DNA of 64,000 nucleotides, taken from the NCBI GenBank assembly GCA_964016885.1, contig OZ024753.1:12896001-12960000 (forward strand), given 5' to 3'. The DNA comes from Eledone cirrhosa (Eukaryota). The notes below the pieces were generated by a model. The model did no database searches. It saw only the letters and a list, made by a program, of their open reading frames with translations, and had not been told where the DNA came from. The position numbers were made by a program, and so were the translations under genes. Shown here in pieces: positions 56,851 through 64,000 of the stretch. Numbering within the stretch: the stretch's first letter is position 1; each line of letters begins with the position of its first letter.

Positions 56851-57464
56851 GTTAATAAAGAATTAACGATATAATTTTCCGAAGCTACCTATTACCTCAA
56901 ATGAAGTGTTTGGCAGCTCTATCCGACCTTTCAGACATAGCTTTCGCTCAAGATATTTCTCAATGAGATTGATTACCTTGCTAATACCCCTTCCTAGTTT
57001 CTCCTATCTGGAGGTGTGGACGGAAGCAAACGACAAATAACTTAAAAGGTCTGGCAACGCCCTCGTTATTGAGTATGGCGATTACACTATATAACATTAT
57101 TAATAGTTATTAATTAATGCTACCGTGCAATGCCTGTACGTGAAGATTGTTTTTAAAGTGAGGAAAGACTGTGCACTGAGCCAATCCCACTCTCTGAGCG
57201 ACAGTAGCTATAACCCGAAAAGAAGAAAATATCAAAATCATCGGTAACTACTGAGCTGCAGGTTTTATGTCGGAGTTATCCCAGTTTCCTGAGTTACCTT
57301 CTCCTAGAAGAATGCCTTGACAAATGCTAAGGGTCCTTCACTTCCAGTGGTTTAACTGCGCAATCGGGTATCCAACTCGATTATTTCTATGCCCCCGCGC
57401 ATATACATACATATGTATACGTGTATTTACATATATACATGTGTATATACATATTTACACATTT

Positions 57465-57660
57465 TGGGATGGCCGTTGACTTTTATGAGTTATTCCGCCC
57501 TTTGTCAAGTTTATTTTTTGTCCTGCAGGGTGTCCAAAATCACCCTCCTCGCCAAGTAAGCTTGGTGGGGTTGCCGGCCTAGTCGCCGACGACCCGACCA
57601 TGAGACAGGTTGTACTGGGTTACATGTTACCAGTAGCACTCGAAAGCGACCTGACATAAC
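57465..57660. mobile_element. Dispersed structured repeat, copy 2
   Basis: Matches 537-730; followed by (ATAC)n. Confidence 0.6.
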
Positions 57661-58064
57661 ATACATACATACATACATACATACATACATACATACATAC
57701 ATACATACATACATACATACATACATACATACATGGTGGCTGCCAACTCGTTTCCGAGTACGGCCACTACTTTATATCCATGTAGGAGAACCCCTACCGA
57801 TATGCTGAACGAGTGTGACTTTTTAGTCCAGCCAGCAACTTGAAAACTGTGGTACAAACACTACACTTGTGACAATTATTGACACACAGTGCTGGACCCA
57901 TGGTACCATGTGAGGACAAGTGCAGAGAGATCTCCAGATACAAAGCAATGCCTGTGCATGAAGCTATTATAGTGAGCAAAGGCACTGCACAAAGCCAGTC
58001 CCACTCTCTTAACCAAGATGATATTTACCAAAAAGAAGAACAAGTCAACATCATTGGATACCAT

Positions 58065-58345
58065 CAGAGTTGCAGGTGTTATATCAGAGTTTTCCTTCTC
58101 CTAGAATTCTGCCTTGACAAAGGCTAAGGAGTCATCTCTCCCGGTGATTTTCGATGGCCATTGACTCTCAAGAGCTCCTTTGCCCTTTGAGAGGTTTTGT
58201 TTTTAGTCCTGCAGGATGTCCAAAGTCACCCTCCTCACCAAGAAACCTTGGTGGGGTTGCCAGTTTAGTCGCCAACGACCCGACCATGGGACAGGTTGTA
58301 CTGGGATACATGTTAACAGTAGCACCAACTGGTGACCTGACATAC
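58065..58345. mobile_element. Dispersed structured repeat, copy 3 (longer)
   Basis: Matches 537-730 and adds cagagttttccttctcctag..gccttgacaaaggctaaggag, which is also seen at about 57290-57335. Confidence 0.6.
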
Positions 58346-58569
58346 ATACATACATACATACATACATACATACATACATACATACATACATACATACATA
58401 CATACATACATACATACATACGCACATGCATACACACACACACAAGTAAAGTAAAAGTAATCAAGGTCCACAGAAATACACCGAAAACATATAAAATCTC
58501 TCCAAAATATCATTTAGAGCAAACATTACAACCTTTCTAATCCTTATCATATCACGTCTAAACCTCTCA

Positions 58570-60260
58570 TAACTACTGACGTCACGGCAGATAGTGACCT
58601 CAGGTGAGCTCGTGACGTCACGACAGCTAGTGACCTAATGACAGCTAGTGGCGTCACGACATCTAGTAACGTCACGACATCTATTGACGTCACGACATCT
58701 AGTAACGTCACGGCTTGTGTCGTTACGACAGCTAGTAACCTGATGAGAGCTAGTGGCGTCACGACATCTAGTAACGTCACGACATCTATTGACGTCACGA
58801 CATCTAGTAACGTCACGGCAGCTTGTGTCGTCACGACAGCTAGTAACCTGATGAGAGCTAGTGGCGTCACGACATCTAGTAACGTCACGACATCTATTGA
58901 CGTCACGACATCTAGTAACGTCACGGCAGCTTGTGTCGTCACGACAGCTAGTAACCTGATGAGAGCTAGTGGCGTCACGACATCTAGTAACGTCACGACA
59001 TCTATTGACGTCACGACATCTAGTAACGTCACGGCAGCTTGTGTCGTCACGACAGCTAGTAACCTGATGAGAGCTAGTGGCGTCACGACATCTAGTAACG
59101 TCACGACATCTATTGACGTCACGACATCTAGTAACGTCACGGCTTGTGTCGTTACGACAGCTAGTAACCTGATGAGAGCTAGTGGCGTCACGACATCTAG
59201 TAACGTCACGACATCTATTGACGTCACGACATCTAGTAACGTCACGGCAGCTTGTGTCGTCACGACAGCTAGTAACCTGATGAGAGCTAGTGGCGTCACG
59301 ACATCTAGTAACGTCACGACATCTATTGACGTCACGACATCTAGTAACGTCACGGCTTGTGTCGTTACGACAGCTAGTAACCTGATGAGAGCTAGTGGCG
59401 TCACGACATCTAGTAACGTCACGACATCTATTGACGTCACGACATCTAGTAACGTCACGGCAGCTTGTGTCGTCACGACAGCTAGTAACCTGATGAGAGC
59501 TAGTGGCGTCACGACATCTAGTAACGTCACGACATCTATTGACGTCACGACATCTAGTAACGTCACGGCAGCTTGTGTCGTCACGACAGCTAGTAACCTG
59601 ATGAGAGCTAGTGGCGTCACGACATCTAGTAACGTCACGACATCTATTGACGTCACGACATCTAGTAACGTCACGGCTTGTGTCGTTACGACAGCTAGTA
59701 ACCTGATGAGAGCTAGTGGCGTCACGACATCTAGTAACGTCACGACATCTATTGACGTCACGACATCTAGTAACGTCACGGCAGCTTGTGTCGTCACGAC
59801 AGCTAGTAACCTGATGAGAGCTAGTGACCTAATGACATCTATTGAGGTCACATCTAGTAACGTCACGGCAGCTAGTGTCGTCTCGGCGGTTTGTGACATC
59901 ACGACAGCTAGTGCCGCCACAACGGCTAGTGGCATTGCGCCGGCTGGTGGAATGGCGACAGCTTGAGACGTCACGGCAGTTAGTGACGTCACGACGGTTG
60001 ATGCCGTCACAACGGTTAATGTCGTCATAATAGCTAGTGACGTCACGACGGTTGATGCCGTCACAACGGTTAATGTCGTCATAATAGCTAGTGACGTCAC
60101 GACGGTTGATGCCGTCACAACGGTTAATGTCGTCATAATAGCTAGTGACGTCACGACGGTTGATGCCGTCACAACGGTTAATGTCGTCATAATAGCTAGT
60201 GACGTCACGACGGTTAATGTCGTCACAACAGCTAACCTCGTCACGACGGCTTGTGACGTC
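58570..60260. repeat. CpG-rich 18-bp-based repeat with 108/105-bp and 54-bp higher-order units; possibly coding
   Basis: Basic unit about gacatctagtaacgtcac; long ORFs at 58547-60244(-) and 58638-59966(+). Confidence 0.9.
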
Positions 60261-60489
60261 CAACCACCAACACTTGGTTATGACGTAGCCAACACTGATT
60301 TATCAATGGAAAGGTCTTCCCTGTGAAGCCAAAATAATATTAAAGCTTCTAACCGCCGCTGACACTATACAATGTATACATCCTACAATAGTTTACTGAA
60401 CACACTCCTTCAACAGAACAGTTACTTTCAACATACTAATTATAAACAGTTTTATTTCATGACCTATAATTCTCCATTGCGGTTTTACT

Positions 60490-61352
60490 TCGGCCCACTT
60501 GAGTTCAAATCCCGCCGAAGTCAACGTTGTGTTTCGGCCCTCTTGAGTTCAAATCCCGCCGAAGTCTACGTTGCCTTTCATCCATTGCGGTATTTGTTTC
60601 GGCTCTCTTGAATTCAAATCCCGCCGAAGTCAACGTTGCTTTCATCCATTGCGGTATTTGTTCCGGCTCTCTTGAATTCAAATCCCGCCGAAGTCAACGT
60701 TGTGTTTCGGCCCTCTTGAGTTCAAATACCGCCGAAGTCAACGTTGTGTTTCGGCCCTCTTGAATTCAAATCCCGCCGAAGTCAACGTTGTGTCTCGGCC
60801 CACTTGAGTTCAAATCCCGCCGAAGTCAACGTTGTGTTTCGGCCCTCTTGAGTTCAAATCCCGCCGATGTCAACGTTGTGTTTCGGCCCTCTTGAGTTCA
60901 AATCCCGCCGAAGTCAACGTTGTGTTTCGGCCCTCTTGAATTGAAATACCGCCGAAGTCAACGTTGTGTTTCGGCCCTCTTGAGTTCAAATCCCGCCGAA
61001 GTCAACGTTGTGTTTCGGCCCTCTTGAGTTCAAATCCCGCCGAAGTCAACGTTGTGTTTCGGCCCTCTTGAGTTCAAATCCCGCCTAAGTCAACGTTGTG
61101 TTTCGGCCCTATTGAGTTCAAATCCCGCCGAAGTCAACGTTGTGTTTCGGCCCTATTGAGTTCAAATCCCGCCGAAGTCAACGTTGTGTTTCGGCCCTCT
61201 TGAATTCAAATCCCGCCTAAGTCAACGTTGTGTTTCGGCCCTCTTGAGTTCAAATCCCGCCGAAGTCAACGTTGTGTTTCGGCCCTCTTGAGTTCAAATC
61301 CCGCCGAAGTCTACGTTGCCTTTCACCCATTGCTGTATTTGTTTCGGCTCTC
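60490..61352 (+). repeat. 44-bp SINE-derived tandem repeat (about 18 copies), each with a Pol III B-box
   Basis: Unit tcggccctcttgagttcaaatcccgccgaagtcaacgttgtgtt. Confidence 0.95.
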
Positions 61353-61441
61353 TATGTCCATACCTGCATTGTTTTGGCTTTATTATACATATACAAACAT
61401 TTATACCTCATTACACAATGCTTCAAGTGAACTATAACTTC

Positions 61442-61505
<64 letters not shown>

Positions 61506-61539
61506 GGTATGTATGTATGTATGTGTATATATATATATG

Positions 61540-61649
<110 letters not shown>

Positions 61650-61653
61650 AATG

Positions 61654-61712
<59 letters not shown>

Positions 61713-61824
61713 AAACGAAATATATATATATATATATATACTTCGTTTTTGAATATGTGGGCACACAACACACAAAAACAAGATGGTGTAGGACAGAACA
61801 AAGGAGAGACACAATATATAAACC

Positions 61825-62345
61825 TAGTAACTGAGGAGGTCACAACATGTGTGACGAAACAGCTTTAATAATATATAAACATCCATCCGGTTATTGAACC
61901 AGCCAGCCAACCGGAAATTTATAATAAATTGAAGTGAAAACCAGGAGGTGCGTGTGTTTTTATTGGCAACCTGACCCTCCCAAAGTATAACAATATCTGT
62001 TTCAACACACGCTTTCAGATAAGGAATCTCGCAAAGCAAATTCAAAAAAGAATTATATATATATATATATATAATTTGGGGTTGGAGACCTCTGGTGTTG
62101 AGAACAAGACTGAAAGGACTGAAGACAGGAGGACTTTCCTTTCGGCCAATCCTTCATCAACAACCTTTTCCAGTTCCACTTGGAGACGATCAAGGAGTAT
62201 ATAGATCAAAATCGAAGTGAAAAGGAGACGCAGATTGACAAAGTAATCTTTGAGAAGGTCACAGCATGTGTGTCGAAACAGCTTTGTTAATTTAATAACC
62301 ATCTGGTTACTAAATCAAACGCAGAATGAATTGTTTAAGTGACTA
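61825..62345 (+). mobile_element. Penelope-like pLTR direct repeat with two hammerhead-like motifs
   Basis: CTGAGGA-G-GTCACA..TGTGAC-GAAACAGCT at 61831 and TTGAGAA-G-GTCACA..TGTGTC-GAAACAGCT at about 62250; the downstream sequences are similar. Confidence 0.55.
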
Positions 62346-63724
62346 GCAATAAAACTGAAGTGAAACACAAATGGCGTGTGTGTATATTTATATGTATGTG
62401 CATTTGTATGTGTATACATATATGTATATATTTGTGCGTGAGCACGTCCATAACGCTTAGCAGACGATATATAAAAACAAAGCCGTGAGCAATAATCTAG
62501 TACAACACGGAATACAAACAACAATATAACATTTAAAATGATTTTCAATAATCCCCTTTCTCATTCATAATTCCCCTTCATTTTTTCTTCTTCTTGTTTT
62601 TTTTTCCCCCTATTTCCGAAATTATTTTCTTCGTTTCCATCGAATTCAATTTCACGATCAATTGTTCCTCTAATTCTTCTTCAATATCTTTATTCCATCC
62701 TGTTTATTATTAAATCATTAATTCATTTTTCCACCATCTTGCATTATGTCTTTCAACAGTATTTATTATAAATGATGCGATATTAAAATGATATTATTTT
62801 CGACTTTATTATTGCTATTATTGTTGTTGATGTTGCTATTCTTCTTAGTTTAGTTGTTGTTGTTGTTGTTGTTATTGTTATGTTTAATCCTCTTTGATTT
62901 ATTTTCCTAATTTAGTCTTTTATCTCCTATATTTCGTGAAATACTCCATTATCTGTTATCCTGTTTAACAAATGAAAGGATCCGGGTTTTTCTGAAAGAT
63001 TTATTCAACACAAATTATAATTTTTATTTTCATTTGAAAGTGTTTTATTGTTATCAATAAATCTTTTGCATTATACTCATGTCATAGTTAGTAACAACAA
63101 CAATAAGAATAATCATGGCTTCTGATTGAGACACAAGGACAACAATGTGTGGGGGGAGGGAGTAGATTAAATCGATCCTAAGTGCATTACTGGTACTTTA
63201 TATTATCGACCCGGAAAAGATCAACTTTTTTTCCACCTTCCTGGCTTAATAAAATAAAGCACCAGTAATGCACTGGGGTCGATTTAATCGACTTTCCTTT
63301 CCCCACCAAAATTGTTTGCCTTGTGCCTAAAATATTAGCAGTATCGGTAGAGGTTCGGACGCCATGCTTTGACGTAAATCAAGGCACGGGTTCCCGAGAT
63401 ATGGGGTTTTTCCGCGTCCCTCAATAAATAGAAAGAGAGAAAGATAGAGATCAAGAGATAGTGGTTGAGAGAGAGGGAGTGAGACAGTGAGAGAGAAGGA
63501 GACAGAGAAGGAAAATGGAAGAGAGAGAGAGCTGTAAAATTTATTTTGAAGTGAACATGAATTTTTTTACATATTTTTAAGTGAACGTGACCTAAAGGGT
63601 CAAAGGTGGTCTAGCATCTTCTAAATAACCGCACCGAAGCACATGCACATGAAAACTTCAAAAACGTATCTATATATTAACCTATAGCCCAGGTACATAT
63701 ATTTTTGTTTTTCGATCCTGTGAT

Positions 63725-63992
63725 ATCTATGGCATTTCTTGGGCATTTTAAGCCGGATGGAGCCCATCCCTCCCCAGGCCTGAGTACAGCCGATTTCTTC
63801 TATAGAAGCATAGAAAATTAGAGATATTGAGGAACAGTTGACCCCAGCACTAGACTGGAACTTTTTTTATCGACACCGAATGGATGAAAAGCAAAGTTGA
63901 CCGCGATGGAATTTGAACTCAGAGAGTCGAACACCGAAACGTATACCGCAAAGTACACCATCCAACGTTCTAATGACTCTGCCAATTCGCTG
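63725..63992 (-). mobile_element. tRNA-derived SINE, family B
   Basis: Head ggcagcgaattggcagagtc..gagttcaaattcc on the minus strand, with the family-B tail. Confidence 0.85.
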
Positions 63993-64000
63993 CCTCGGGG

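Overview
AT-rich, microsatellite-dense eukaryotic DNA. The tRNA-derived SINE families look like those of octopod cephalopods (inference). No intact host protein-coding gene is evident, so the window is probably intronic or intergenic, and nearly all ORFs in the track are artefacts of simple repeats. It contains: decayed non-LTR retrotransposons (an R4/Dong-like element interrupted by a Tx1/L1-like element, several RTE 3' ends, a CRE-like RLE fragment, and a Penelope-like GIY-YIG fragment); about 25 SINE copies; Helentron-like, Tigger-like and hAT-like non-autonomous DNA elements; and at least eight tandem arrays. The most striking signal is an unusually dense set of type I hammerhead ribozyme (HHR) motifs, about 15 full or partial, from several unrelated repeat families. 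The best example is a non-coding tandem array of three ~590-bp units (13941-15671). Each unit carries an HHR with the compensatory U3-A8 core variant (UUGANAA) and a palindromic stem III, which makes it a candidate retrozyme / circular-RNA-producing element. A second, unrelated family (47432-47799) has the same U3-A8 variant. Many other copies are fold-back palindromes whose turning point lies inside the ribozyme. All structures were folded by eye and need computational and biochemical confirmation.
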